Assembly: GCA_039815375.1 (NCBI GenBank)
Contig: JBCBZJ010000026.1
Location: 1 to 39,885, forward strand
Source: Verrucomicrobiota bacterium
GTDB lineage: Bacteria; Verrucomicrobiota; Verrucomicrobiia; Opitutales; Coraliomargaritaceae
Direction: 5' to 3'
DNA length: 39,885 bases
The translations under genes and the position numbers were made by a program. The notes beneath the pieces are model-generated. The model saw only the letters and a list, made by a program, of their open reading frames with translations, made no database searches and was not told the origin of the DNA. Below are positions 9,438 to 18,688 of this stretch, piece by piece; positions within the stretch are counted from its first letter, which is position 1, and each line of letters opens with the position of its first letter.

Positions 9438-10246
9438 AGCACCGATTCGAACTCTTTGATCAACGATTCCGTGCCCACGTAATAGGGGCAAAAGTCCTCA
9501 TCGGGGTGGAAAGTTTTGGCCGGGAAAGGGCTTTCGTTGACGAATTTCCATTTAAGGCCGGCACCAGCACAGAGAGCGTAAGCCGCCGCGATATCCCAGA
9601 TTTTAACCCGATAATCGATGGTCCCGGTTAGATAACCGGTCGCAACATAGGTGGCATTCAGAGCTCCGCTACCAAAACAACGGACTCGGTATTTTGCCAG
9701 CATGGGCGCCAGCTTGGCCTGGAGCTCAAGAGCCATGGGGAAGTGACCGCCGATCATCGTTTGAGCTTCAGCAGCGATGGCGTCGCGGTTGATTTTCTTC
9801 TGGTCTCGCAGAATTCCGTGCTCGGGACCGCCTTCGTAGAGGCTCTTGATACCATGATCGTAGATGAATCCGTAGACCGGTGTGCCCTTATACAGAAGCG
9901 CGAGCGAAATAGCGCAGATCGGAAACCCCAGCGCATAATTGTTTGTCCCGTCAATTGGATCAACAACCCAGGCAAACTCTGCCTCCAGAACCATATCCTC
10001 ATCCATCGGGCCGGATTCTTCGCTACAAAAGTCGTCTTGCGGAAAGTCACGCCGAAGCTCTGCGAAGAGTTTTTCAGAGATTGCGAAGTCTGCAAAAGTT
10101 ACCCGGGTATCATCGGCTTTCCACTCACTGGCAACCTGTCCGAACTGACGGCCGAAAAAAGCAATCTGATCGCGCACTGCGACACGACCGGCATTGATGC
10201 GGTGTCGCAATGTCAGGTCATATTTAGCCTTGGTCTGACGATTCAT
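9434..10246 (-). CDS. Inositol monophosphatase family protein
   Basis: CSEE, WVVDPIDGTNNY and KIWDIAAA motifs. Start is ATG 10246 (or GTG 10255). Confidence 0.92.
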   Translation of the reverse strand: MNRQTKAKYDLTLRHRINAGRVAVRDQIAFFGRQFGQVASEWKADDTRVTFADFAISEKLFAELRRDFPQDDFCSEESGPMDEDMVLEAEFAWVVDPIDGTNNYALGFPICAISLALLYKGTPVYGFIYDHGIKSLYEGGPEHGILRDQKKINRDAIAAEAQTMIGGHFPMALELQAKLAPMLAKYRVRCFGSGALNATYVATGYLTGTIDYRVKIWDIAAAYALCAGAGLKWKFVNESPFPAKTFHPDEDFCPYYVGTESLIKEFESVL

Positions 10247-10348
10247 AAGTTTCACCTACCACAAAGGACACAAAGCCCACAAAGCCAAGTCTGCCTTTGA
10301 TAAACCTTCCTGCCTTTTGTGCGCTTTAGTAAAGCGAGTGATGATGCC

Positions 10349-11140
10349 TCATGGTTGGTAACGTTCCAAAGCCGGAACCTGTAGAGTCTTTTCCAATTCA
10401 CGAATGCGCTCAAGAACGATACCTTTTTGTGCAAAAGGGTCATTATCGGGGAGCTCAGTATGCAAGCCTTTCAAATAGTCATAGGCCTCGGCATCCTTTC
10501 CCTGCCGACGCAACAACTCTGCATAGATCCGGGCGGCGAACCGAGGTGCTCCAGGAATTTCGGATGCTCTCAGAAACCAAGGGGCCGCCTGGACTGGATC
10601 GTCAAGTCGGTTCAGATAAATCTGCCCGATTTCAAGATAGAGCTGAGGGTTGTCCGGGTGAAAATCCAAAGCACGTGAGATGTGTTCAAATGCTTGGCGC
10701 GCCTGCTCCAAATCGATCTCGTCCTGGCGCCACTCGGGCACAGCGGCAGGTCCACCCTCCTCATGGATACGCCAATTCGGCACGTCATAAGCGATCATGC
10801 GGGCAGAATTGATCCAGAAAAAATCGGGGCGTGGATCCAGAGTGGTGACAAGCCGCACCATGGGGTCGAGTTTCACGCGGTCTCTTCGTTCCCAGATTGT
10901 ATTTGCACGTATCCAGAGAAAGTCGGCCATGATCGCGCGGAACCCACCCAGCATACCAATAGCGAGGCCCTGCCCCAAGGCATCTTCAATACCAGCTAAA
11001 TTTAGCTCCGATTGACCCGACTGCACCCGCTCCCAGGCAGGTGCCTCCAGAGGGCGTGCCAATAAACCAACCAGAAGCAATATCGCCAGCGTAACCAGAA
11101 TCGCACGTACCCGGAGCAGGATGGGATGGTCAAATTTCAC
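10349..11140 (-). CDS. Membrane-anchored TPR-like protein associated with the ABC transporter
   Basis: N-terminal TM segment, GGFRAIMADFLWIRA, TTLDP and TPR-like ALDFHPDNPQLYLEIG. Start GTG 11140 overlaps the permease stop. Confidence 0.75.
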   Translation of the reverse strand: MKFDHPILLRVRAILVTLAILLLVGLLARPLEAPAWERVQSGQSELNLAGIEDALGQGLAIGMLGGFRAIMADFLWIRANTIWERRDRVKLDPMVRLVTTLDPRPDFFWINSARMIAYDVPNWRIHEEGGPAAVPEWRQDEIDLEQARQAFEHISRALDFHPDNPQLYLEIGQIYLNRLDDPVQAAPWFLRASEIPGAPRFAARIYAELLRRQGKDAEAYDYLKGLHTELPDNDPFAQKGIVLERIRELEKTLQVPALERYQP

Positions 11141-11963
11141 GTTTTCGGAAATTGAGCTGGGTGAGTAGGATGAAGGCGGCCGTGTAAGCCAGTGCGTAGA
11201 GTGTGATTTGAAGGATTGTTCCGAGAGGCAAGGCTTCGTTCGCTTTGAAAACGAGCTGATCGCCGACATTAAAAAGCTGGAAGTTCGGAAAGATAAGTCC
11301 GAGACCCTGAACGAGTAGGCGGCCAATCCCGTGCTCCAAATCGGAATATGCATCGCGTGCGATGTATTGAAGCTGGCAAATCACAAGCAGGAAAAAAGAA
11401 ACGACGATCGTGTAGAGGTTGGTATTTGAGAAGCTCGCCACGAAAAGTGTAATGGCAGCGAGCACACCAAACTTCAGCCACTGCAGAAATCCAAAGACGA
11501 AGATATCACGATAGCGCAGAAGGCTGCCGTCGGCAAAAGCTTCGGGCCCCAGACGATCCATCAGCACGGTCTCGCGCCAGTAGAGAATCCCCGCGAGCAC
11601 CAGGCTGAGCAAAAGCGCGAACGCCAGCATAAGAAGCTGAGCACCGAAGAACTTTCCAGCGACAAACTCGAGTTTATGAACAGGTTTCGCAAGAATCGTT
11701 AGCGCGGTGCGGTTCTCGATTTCGCTGAAAAAGAGTTGGGTCGTCGCAGCAATGGCCAAAATCGAACCAAAGAAGAAAAGCGCTCCAAATCCAAAGTCGG
11801 CGATGAACTTCAACTCACCTGCCCCGAAATCAAACTGCTGGAAGAAAGTAGAGCTGACGACCATTGCGATCGAGATGATGAGTAGGGAATTAAAAAACTT
11901 CTGGCGGACAGCTTCGAGGAAGGTGTTGCCGGCAATCAGGCGAATGCGGGTAACGCTGCTCAT
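11130..11963 (-). CDS. ABC-2-type transporter permease
   Basis: About six hydrophobic segments, EIENRTALTILAKPV..FVAGKFFG and C-terminal FRKREI. Confidence 0.88.
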   Translation of the reverse strand: MSSVTRIRLIAGNTFLEAVRQKFFNSLLIISIAMVVSSTFFQQFDFGAGELKFIADFGFGALFFFGSILAIAATTQLFFSEIENRTALTILAKPVHKLEFVAGKFFGAQLLMLAFALLLSLVLAGILYWRETVLMDRLGPEAFADGSLLRYRDIFVFGFLQWLKFGVLAAITLFVASFSNTNLYTIVVSFFLLVICQLQYIARDAYSDLEHGIGRLLVQGLGLIFPNFQLFNVGDQLVFKANEALPLGTILQITLYALAYTAAFILLTQLNFRKREI

Positions 11964-12856
11964 GATTCACCCTCCGCTTCAGAGCCGCGGGCCTGATGCT
12001 CACTTTCGCGCTGATGGACTTCCTGAAGGAAAAGACTGTCCAAACTGAGGCGCGGCTTTTCAACCCGAGCAAGTCGGCCGCCCTGCTCGGCAATAGTAGC
12101 TTCAACCGCTGCGCGCCCTTCAGGTGTAAGTCCCTCGACGACAAGCGAATCGACGTCGCGCTCTTCCACGAGCTCATCGATACGGCCTTCGCGCACAAGT
12201 TTACCGCGGTGCAGAATAGCGACCCTATCACAGAGCCCTTCAATTTGGGCAAGCAGATGTGAAGAAAGTAGAACGGTTTTACCGCGGCGTTTCAGTTCGC
12301 GAACGATATCGGCGATTGCAGCCGATCCGAGCGGGTCGACACCCGCGGTTGGTTCGTCGAGAATCACAAGCTGCGGATCATGGACAATCGCCTGGGCAAG
12401 CCCGATACGCTGCAACATACCTTTCGAATAAGTGCCAACTCGGCGATGAGCGGCCTCTGTCATGCCGACTAGCTCAATAACTGAATCAACCGCATCGTTG
12501 AGCTCGGCCTTAACCACACCGCAGACGCGCGCATAATAGCAAACAAGCTCACGCCCCGAAAGATAGCGGTAAAAATATGGCGCTTCCGGCAGGAAGCCCA
12601 CACTGCGACGGGCCTCGACCGTGCGACTCGGTTTGCCGAAAATACTGCATTCACCAGCCGACGCATCAAGTAAGCCCAGCAAGATCTTAATTGTGGTGCT
12701 CTTGCCTGAACCATTTGGTCCGAGCAGGCCGAAGATCTCGTTGTCGCCAACCTTCAGATTCAACTGATCCACCGCGCGTAGCTTCACCCCCGTAATGCCG
12801 ACGGAAAAATCCTTTGTCAGGCCCTCTATCTGTATTGCTGGATCCAGCATGATCAA
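11960..12856 (-). CDS. ABC transporter ATP-binding protein
   Basis: Walker [10 protein letters not shown], signature YSKGMLQR, Walker B ILDEPT, SSH switch. Confidence 0.96.
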   Translation of the reverse strand: MIMLDPAIQIEGLTKDFSVGITGVKLRAVDQLNLKVGDNEIFGLLGPNGSGKSTTIKILLGLLDASAGECSIFGKPSRTVEARRSVGFLPEAPYFYRYLSGRELVCYYARVCGVVKAELNDAVDSVIELVGMTEAAHRRVGTYSKGMLQRIGLAQAIVHDPQLVILDEPTAGVDPLGSAAIADIVRELKRRGKTVLLSSHLLAQIEGLCDRVAILHRGKLVREGRIDELVEERDVDSLVVEGLTPEGRAAVEATIAEQGGRLARVEKPRLSLDSLFLQEVHQRESEHQARGSEAEGES

Positions 12857-13134
12857 AGAGCGATGGTAAACCCGGCAAACTGACGTGGGCGGCTCGAAGC
12901 CTTTGTCTCGGTCCTGCGGATGTAGGCCTCCATTTCACTTTCAACCTCACGCTGAAAGGCCAAAACCTCCCCTTCCTCACCTTCCGCACAAAGGTGGACA
13001 CGTCCGTCAGGAAGGTTTTTTACGCTGCCAGTCACTTCAAAACCTTTGGCCACATTGACCGTCTGATAACGAAAACCAACGCCCTGGACTCGGCCCTCGA
13101 ACCAGCAATCTAAGCAAAAAACCTTGTCAGTCAT
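12853..13134 (-). CDS. acyP: Acylphosphatase
   Basis: GRVQGVGFR and [11 protein letters not shown] motifs. Real start is ATG 13134; the ORF-track extension overlaps the divergent gene. Confidence 0.93.
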   Translation of the reverse strand: MTDKVFCLDCWFEGRVQGVGFRYQTVNVAKGFEVTGSVKNLPDGRVHLCAEGEEGEVLAFQREVESEMEAYIRRTETKASSRPRQFAGFTIAL

Positions 13135-13308
13135 GGAGTTAAAAATGTTTACGATATTCTTTTCTGGATTAGGCCAAAAGGCTAATATTTGGGATGTAGG
13201 GATATCCAAACCGCTGAAGAAATGCAAATTAAGAAGCGGTGTAAAAGGGTATTGATTTTTCAGAATGAACACACAGATTCGAAGTGTCGGCATCAAAAAC
13301 CGCACCTT

Positions 13309-14001
13309 ATGAGCGAGCCAAATTTCGACCACTCTGAAGGCGACGACTGGGAAGAGTTCTCCTCCAACGATTTGAACTGGAGCGAATCCCAGTGGCGCAA
13401 CTATCTTAAAGGTTCTGACCGCGACACTGCCAGATTCTTGTCGATCTACAACAGCGTGAAGGATAAACCGAACCACCTCGACGAAGTAGCCACCCTAATG
13501 GGCTGGGACGCCGAGGATATCTCCATGACTGACGAGTTCAGTTTCATGGACATGGAGGATGAGGAACGGCCAGAAGATGAACAGGAGAGCGCACCTTACA
13601 CCCTACACCGCCATCCGGTGTTCGTGGTAACGCGCTCCCTTTACCGTTACCTGCACCAAAGCTGGGAACATTTCATGTCCCGGAGTTCGCAAAACATCTC
13701 CCCGAAAATCTGCTGGGACTATGCTAATAGTCTGCATCAGGCGGAGATGAACGTGCTTCTTTCCATACAGGCCCTTGATCTCGGTGATTTCGGCCTGTCT
13801 ATCTGCCATCTCAAGAACAGCTTGAGTGCGCTGAACCATACTTTAGCCCTGCTCAACGAGCTCACCCACCCGAATAAAGCTTTCCTCGAAGGCTTCCGAC
13901 ACGAGATACGTATTCGCGTGTTCGACCTGCGGGAGCTCTGGATTCGAGTGATGGGTGACTGCCGCCACGAGTGTCAGCACCGTCGAGACGAACAGGACTG
14001 A
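13309..14001 (+). CDS. Hypothetical protein, acidic N-terminal half and helical C-terminal half
   Basis: Long ORF with host-like codon use. Start ATG 13309 (MSEPNF) follows an A/C-rich leader. Confidence 0.75.
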   Translation: MSEPNFDHSEGDDWEEFSSNDLNWSESQWRNYLKGSDRDTARFLSIYNSVKDKPNHLDEVATLMGWDAEDISMTDEFSFMDMEDEERPEDEQESAPYTLHRHPVFVVTRSLYRYLHQSWEHFMSRSSQNISPKICWDYANSLHQAEMNVLLSIQALDLGDFGLSICHLKNSLSALNHTLALLNELTHPNKAFLEGFRHEIRIRVFDLRELWIRVMGDCRHECQHRRDEQD

Positions 14002-14032
14002 TCAGCGCCCGAGAACAAAACCACATTTACCC

Positions 14033-14854
14033 ATGGGCAAACTAGGACGTTTCCTATTACGGCTTACTCATTCCACCCCGGAACGAAAAGCCTCACGCGC
14101 ACTTCTGAGTGGTGCAAAGAAAGGCGAACACGAGCAATACCTGGCACTCGCTGCGAACTACCTCGGTTTGTCTCAAGCTTACTTTGGTAATTGCCTTCAC
14201 GAGCCACGGGAAACGCGGATGGCACGCACCGAACAGATTTTTACAGCACTCTGGCAACATCTGCCCTACGCGGAGCGCCTTTCCGACTTCGAATACATGT
14301 TAGCCGACGCCTTGATCGACAACGTGCCGGAAGACGGGCGTATCAGCTCGTCTAACCCACTCGTGATGAAGATACGGCTCCTGGCCCCACGTGTGCGTTT
14401 CGCTTTTCTGGCCTACGAATTTGAAAAATGGCCCGTTCGATGGGTCGCGCTGGTCATGCGCAGTAAGCAAAAAGATCTGCATCGTCTGCTTTCAGAGGCA
14501 CGTTGCGAGCTCTGTGGTGTAAGCTGGGAATCCCTCTCTAAAGAAGAACGCGATTGCCTCGAATCAATCAGCCTATCTCTCGACAAATGTCCGAACCTCA
14601 AGACCAATAAAGCACTTTCCAAGCGGATTGTGGACTACCCGCGAGTTGTTGAGATTAAAGCGCTTTGGCTTGAATTACGCCCTGAACTCGTAGAAGTGCG
14701 ACATCGATACATTCCTGACCAGACGGAAAGAGAAGCCATCCTCAAAGATATCCTCTCGGATATTGCTGGAAAACCGATGCACCGCCCACCGATCGTAGAT
14801 CGCATGTTGAATAGCGTTCATTTCTATCGTCACAATCGGATCAAGGTCTCTTAA
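14033..14854 (+). CDS. Hypothetical protein resembling a degenerate ECF sigma factor with a C-terminal extension
   Basis: Region-2-like AKKGEHEQYLALAANY..EQIFTALWQHL..FEYML and region-4-like IRLLAPRVRFAFLAYEFEKWPVRWVALVM..LLSEARCEL. Confidence 0.55.
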   Translation: MGKLGRFLLRLTHSTPERKASRALLSGAKKGEHEQYLALAANYLGLSQAYFGNCLHEPRETRMARTEQIFTALWQHLPYAERLSDFEYMLADALIDNVPEDGRISSSNPLVMKIRLLAPRVRFAFLAYEFEKWPVRWVALVMRSKQKDLHRLLSEARCELCGVSWESLSKEERDCLESISLSLDKCPNLKTNKALSKRIVDYPRVVEIKALWLELRPELVEVRHRYIPDQTEREAILKDILSDIAGKPMHRPPIVDRMLNSVHFYRHNRIKVS

Positions 14855-14925
14855 GCTTTGCTTCCCGACTTGACCCGACCAAGAAGCTGTCCCCATTCTT
14901 AGGGCCAAATCTGTTCCCCATCAGA

Positions 14926-16242
14926 ATGATCCGACTTCTTATTACACTCGTGCTGGTGCTAACTGCACAAAAGCTTGCAGCCACTCTCGCCAATGGCCCC
15001 ATGCTCGGGCCAATCGAAATGCGTGAAGCTCAAGTGTGGGTCCAAACCGAAGGTCCATCCTTAATTCGTATTGCGTATGCGGAAAGTGGCGATGAGCAGA
15101 AGCTGCAGTGGAGCCCGCCGGTCAAAACCGATTCCAGGAACAATAACACCGCAACCATTCACTTGGGCGGAGTTGAACCGGGCAGGACTTACACTTATCG
15201 GGTCGAAGTTGACGGAGAGTTGGTCACCGATCCGACAGAGTTCACGACTCCGGCTTTTTATCACGGACGCACACCTCCTCCGGACTTTACAATTGCGGTT
15301 GGCGGAGCTCATTACGCCGTGCAGGAAGGCTTCGAGCCGCCCTACAGGATTCTCGGGGCCGACTACAATATTTTTCAAACAATCGCCGAAAGTAACCCAA
15401 CCTTCATGCTGTGGCTAGGCAACACCGCCCATTTGCGCGAGAGTGACTGGGGCTCAAAAAGCGGCTACCTGAAACGCTTTACCCACGCGCGTTCGCTTCC
15501 GGAAATGGATTCCCTACTTTCCGGGACTCCTAACTATGCAATCTGGGGCGCATCCGACTATGGTGCGCCTAATGCAGGCGAGCTCTACAGCCAAAGAGAG
15601 TATGCTGAGTCCAGTTTCCGAGCTTTCTGGCCGCAACCCGCAAAGGTTGTCGCATTCGAGGGCTTGGCGACACGTTTCCGTTACGCCGACGCCGAGTTCT
15701 TTCTTCTCGACACCCGCAGCCAGCGCAATGACACCCCGACGAGTAAGCAGCCCTTTCAAGTCTTGGGCCCTAAGCAGATTGAATGGTTGCGCCAGGAACT
15801 CTTACGTAGCACAGCCACTTTTAAAGTCGTCTGCGCCGGAGCACCAATTCTTAATCCTGCAAAGAGTCGGAGCAACCTAAGCTACGCCGAGCGGGAGCAA
15901 AGCAGCCTTCTTCAGATGTTCCGTAATGAAGAGATTCCCGGACTCTTTTTCCTGAGCGGCGGCAAATATTATGGCGAGCTGACTCGATTGGTCCATGCAA
16001 GTACTTACAATCTCTTCGACCTTACGCTAGGTCCACTCACTGCTGAACCACAAGAAAACGAGGATGAACTCAATTTCTTCCGCATGCCCGGAACCAGAAC
16101 TTTAGAACGCCAATTCGCACTAATTGATTTCACCGGTTCGGAAGAAGACCGCCGCATTACGATCCGTATTATGAGCGTCGAAGGTAAAGAGCTCTGGAAC
16201 CGCAACATTCCTGCGAGCCAACTCAAGCTAAGCAGAGACTAG
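14926..16242 (+). CDS. PhoD-like alkaline phosphatase family protein (metal ligands degenerate)
   Basis: Signal peptide, NGPMLG..VWVQT N-terminal Ig-like domain, FFLLDTRSQR, LGPKQIEWL..L..STATFKVV. Confidence 0.8.
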   Translation: MIRLLITLVLVLTAQKLAATLANGPMLGPIEMREAQVWVQTEGPSLIRIAYAESGDEQKLQWSPPVKTDSRNNNTATIHLGGVEPGRTYTYRVEVDGELVTDPTEFTTPAFYHGRTPPPDFTIAVGGAHYAVQEGFEPPYRILGADYNIFQTIAESNPTFMLWLGNTAHLRESDWGSKSGYLKRFTHARSLPEMDSLLSGTPNYAIWGASDYGAPNAGELYSQREYAESSFRAFWPQPAKVVAFEGLATRFRYADAEFFLLDTRSQRNDTPTSKQPFQVLGPKQIEWLRQELLRSTATFKVVCAGAPILNPAKSRSNLSYAEREQSSLLQMFRNEEIPGLFFLSGGKYYGELTRLVHASTYNLFDLTLGPLTAEPQENEDELNFFRMPGTRTLERQFALIDFTGSEEDRRITIRIMSVEGKELWNRNIPASQLKLSRD

Positions 16243-16321
16243 TCGCAGACGATTCCTACTTTCATGGCGTCAAGGATGCCTTGCAAAGTCGTAGTGCTTT
16301 ACTCACGTTAGTATTCTGTTT

Positions 16322-16708
16322 ATGAATACTAAAGACGTCATCTCAGAGCTTCCGAATGAAGCTTACAAACAACGCAAATTTTGGTTGGTTTGCTTTTTCT
16401 TCTGGGGAAGCCTGCACTACATATTGGGAATTCCCGGCACAATATGTTCGGTGATCGTTGCTACCATGAGCATCAATTTCTCTGGCGATAACTCACTCTT
16501 AGTTGGTCTCAGCATTACTGCTGCAGTGTTCTCAGGTCTAACGAACTTTCTTACACCAAAATCAAAAGCAACCGGATACCTCACGGCTTGGCGGGTTATG
16601 AACGAAGAGATCGTCGCTTCAAAAACTCAAGCCAACTACAGCAGTGAGAATTTTAGAGAGATACTCAGCAAATGTGAGAACATCCTTGCCCAACATGACG
16701 GGTTTTAA
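16322..16708 (+). CDS. Two-TM SLATT/DUF4231-like protein
   Basis: WGSLHYILGIPGTICSVIVA..LSITAAVFSGLTNFLTPKSKATGYLTAW follows the SLATT pattern. AT-richer than flanks. Confidence 0.6.
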   Translation: MNTKDVISELPNEAYKQRKFWLVCFFFWGSLHYILGIPGTICSVIVATMSINFSGDNSLLVGLSITAAVFSGLTNFLTPKSKATGYLTAWRVMNEEIVASKTQANYSSENFREILSKCENILAQHDGF

Positions 16709-16718
16709 GGATAGCACT

Positions 16719-17318
16719 CTATGCCTGATTCTCGTCTAAATCCGACGGATCAGACTGAGTCTTCCAAAGCTTATAAAAAAGCAGGCCATTCAACGCGAGG
16801 GCATGTCCAATTTTACAACTCCGCGCCCACTCCATAACCGTTTTCTCTGGTACTGCTCGAACCTCCATCTCCTCATGTTCATCCCAGTCGGTGCCGCCTC
16901 TGGAGAGCTTACAGCCATCGGCAAAAACCACCTTGCAGTAGTTGTTAAGGATCGCCGGGTTAGGTCGGCAATGGCCAATGAGTTTGCCACTCGAAGCAAT
17001 GTAACCGGTTTCTTCCTTTAACTCGCGCAGCCCGGCTTCAACCGGATCTTCACCTTCGTCAATAATGCCACCGGGCAACTCCCATGAGAGTTCATCCGAG
17101 CCCCAGCGAAATTGACGAACGAGGACAATCTTTCCCTCAACTGTGCGCGCAACGACAACAGCCCAATCTCGGGAGTCGAGGTAGAAAAAATCGCCTTCTT
17201 TGCTGTTTTTTGGATGGCGATAACGACGAACACGCAAATCCCAAACTCGACACTCCTGAAGCAGGCGATCGTCAAGAATGTCCCAACGAGGCGGTGCCTG
17301 ATCATCCTCAGCCATCAA
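16719..17318 (-). CDS. NUDIX hydrolase (ADP-ribose pyrophosphatase-like)
   Basis: [34 protein letters not shown]udix box. Confidence 0.93.
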   Translation of the reverse strand: MMAEDDQAPPRWDILDDRLLQECRVWDLRVRRYRHPKNSKEGDFFYLDSRDWAVVVARTVEGKIVLVRQFRWGSDELSWELPGGIIDEGEDPVEAGLRELKEETGYIASSGKLIGHCRPNPAILNNYCKVVFADGCKLSRGGTDWDEHEEMEVRAVPEKTVMEWARSCKIGHALALNGLLFYKLWKTQSDPSDLDENQA

Positions 17319-17920
17319 TTGTCAGGCACCTGAATGACCTGACCAATGCGAAGTCGAAGAGGATCAGCGTCTGTATTGACATCGAGTAAATCCTGTAAAT
17401 CGACACCAAGCTTGGATGCAACCCTGGCAAAGGTATCTCCCGACTTGATCGTGTAGGTGCCGCCAGAATCAGAAGTTGTGACCATGGCCGGTGCGGGAAC
17501 CTCAGTAGAGCCCGTCGAGCTACTCACCGCAGGACTTGGCTGTAATCCACTGGTAGCAATTTCATTAAGCCGTTCAACCAACTCAACAATCTCATCGCGG
17601 TTGTCACTGACAGAACTCACAACTTTTTTGACCGCTTGCTCACTCTGATTGCTATACAGACGCATACGATCAAGGGCTTTTTTCAACTCGGTATTTTGAG
17701 CGCTGAGTTCGGAAATCTGCGTCTCCAATGCGGCGATGTCCTTGTCGATACGGGCGGCACTTGTCGTGCCCGCTTCCATCGATTCGTTTAGGGGATTAAG
17801 CCTCTGATTCGCGGTAAGCCCGAAGTAAAGTCCGGCTCCACCGAGCAGGATCGCAAGCACAGCAAGAGCCGTCGGCAGGAGGTTGTTTCCAGATGAAGTT
17901 TCAAGTTCTTCGTCTTCCAT
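17315..17920 (-). CDS. Membrane-anchored coiled-coil LysM protein
   Basis: N-terminal TM, coiled coil, C-terminal [24 protein letters not shown]. Confidence 0.9.
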   Translation of the reverse strand: MEDEELETSSGNNLLPTALAVLAILLGGAGLYFGLTANQRLNPLNESMEAGTTSAARIDKDIAALETQISELSAQNTELKKALDRMRLYSNQSEQAVKKVVSSVSDNRDEIVELVERLNEIATSGLQPSPAVSSSTGSTEVPAPAMVTTSDSGGTYTIKSGDTFARVASKLGVDLQDLLDVNTDADPLRLRIGQVIQVPDN

Positions 17921-18001
17921 AATTCGCGCACGCTAAGTGATTTAAGTCACTGTGCAAGCTAGCGATTGCCAGTGAATGAAATTACAATCAATTTGTGCAC
18001 G

Positions 18002-18688
18002 ATGGCAGAAATCGAAAATTCAAAAAAAAACCGGCTCACCAGGAACATATTCCTACTTCTTTCTTCCGGTCTGGTTGGTGCAATTGCTGTCTATCTGCTT
18101 TGGCAAACAAATCCTGATCCGGCATATTGGAAGGCTCTTCTCGATCAGGTCCTCGACTTCCTCGAAGCCAATCCATGGGCACTGCTTGTCGCCCTTGCCA
18201 CTCTGCCTGGCATCGGCTTCCCCATCAGTCCGCTCTTTATTCTTGTTGGTGGTGTTCTTGCGCCTCAGTTCGGTATGCCGATAGCCTGCCTGCTAGGCAT
18301 TCTTGCACAGAGCATTTGCACCACCTGGACCTACTTGCTGGCCTCCGGACCACTCCGCAACGTCTTGGTGAAGTTGGTTCAACAGAAACGTGAGTTACCT
18401 CAACTAAACAAAACAAACGCAATCAGATTATGCCTGATTCTGCGGATCACTCCTGGTGTCCCCTATGCCCTACAGAATATCGTCCTCGGCGTAATCGGGA
18501 TGCAAATGCGAACATATCTTCTGGTTTCTCTTCCAATCACCGGATTGTGGACTATTGGCTTCATCGTAACGGGCGGAGCTATCTTTGAAGGTCAAGTAGG
18601 CCTCTCTATATTTGGTATTCTGCTCCTGGTTGTGCTCGTTCTCGCAACGAAAATGCTGCGCCGAAAAACCCAAATTGACAATGGATGA
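18002..18688 (+). CDS. DedA/TVP38 (VTT-domain) membrane protein
   Basis: Hydrophobic protein with LPGIGFP and LRITPGVPYALQNIVLG motifs. Start taken at ATG 18002. Confidence 0.85.
   Translation: MAEIENSKKNRLTRNIFLLLSSGLVGAIAVYLLWQTNPDPAYWKALLDQVLDFLEANPWALLVALATLPGIGFPISPLFILVGGVLAPQFGMPIACLLGILAQSICTTWTYLLASGPLRNVLVKLVQQKRELPQLNKTNAIRLCLILRITPGVPYALQNIVLGVIGMQMRTYLLVSLPITGLWTIGFIVTGGAIFEGQVGLSIFGILLLVVLVLATKMLRRKTQIDNG

Noticed and set aside
11141..11353. N-terminal extension of the TPR-like ORF
   Set aside because: Lies inside the permease gene; GTG 11140 gives normal translational coupling
13135..13476. N-terminal extension of acylphosphatase in the ORF track
   Set aside because: Overlaps the divergent gene starting at 13309; the AcyP domain begins at 13134
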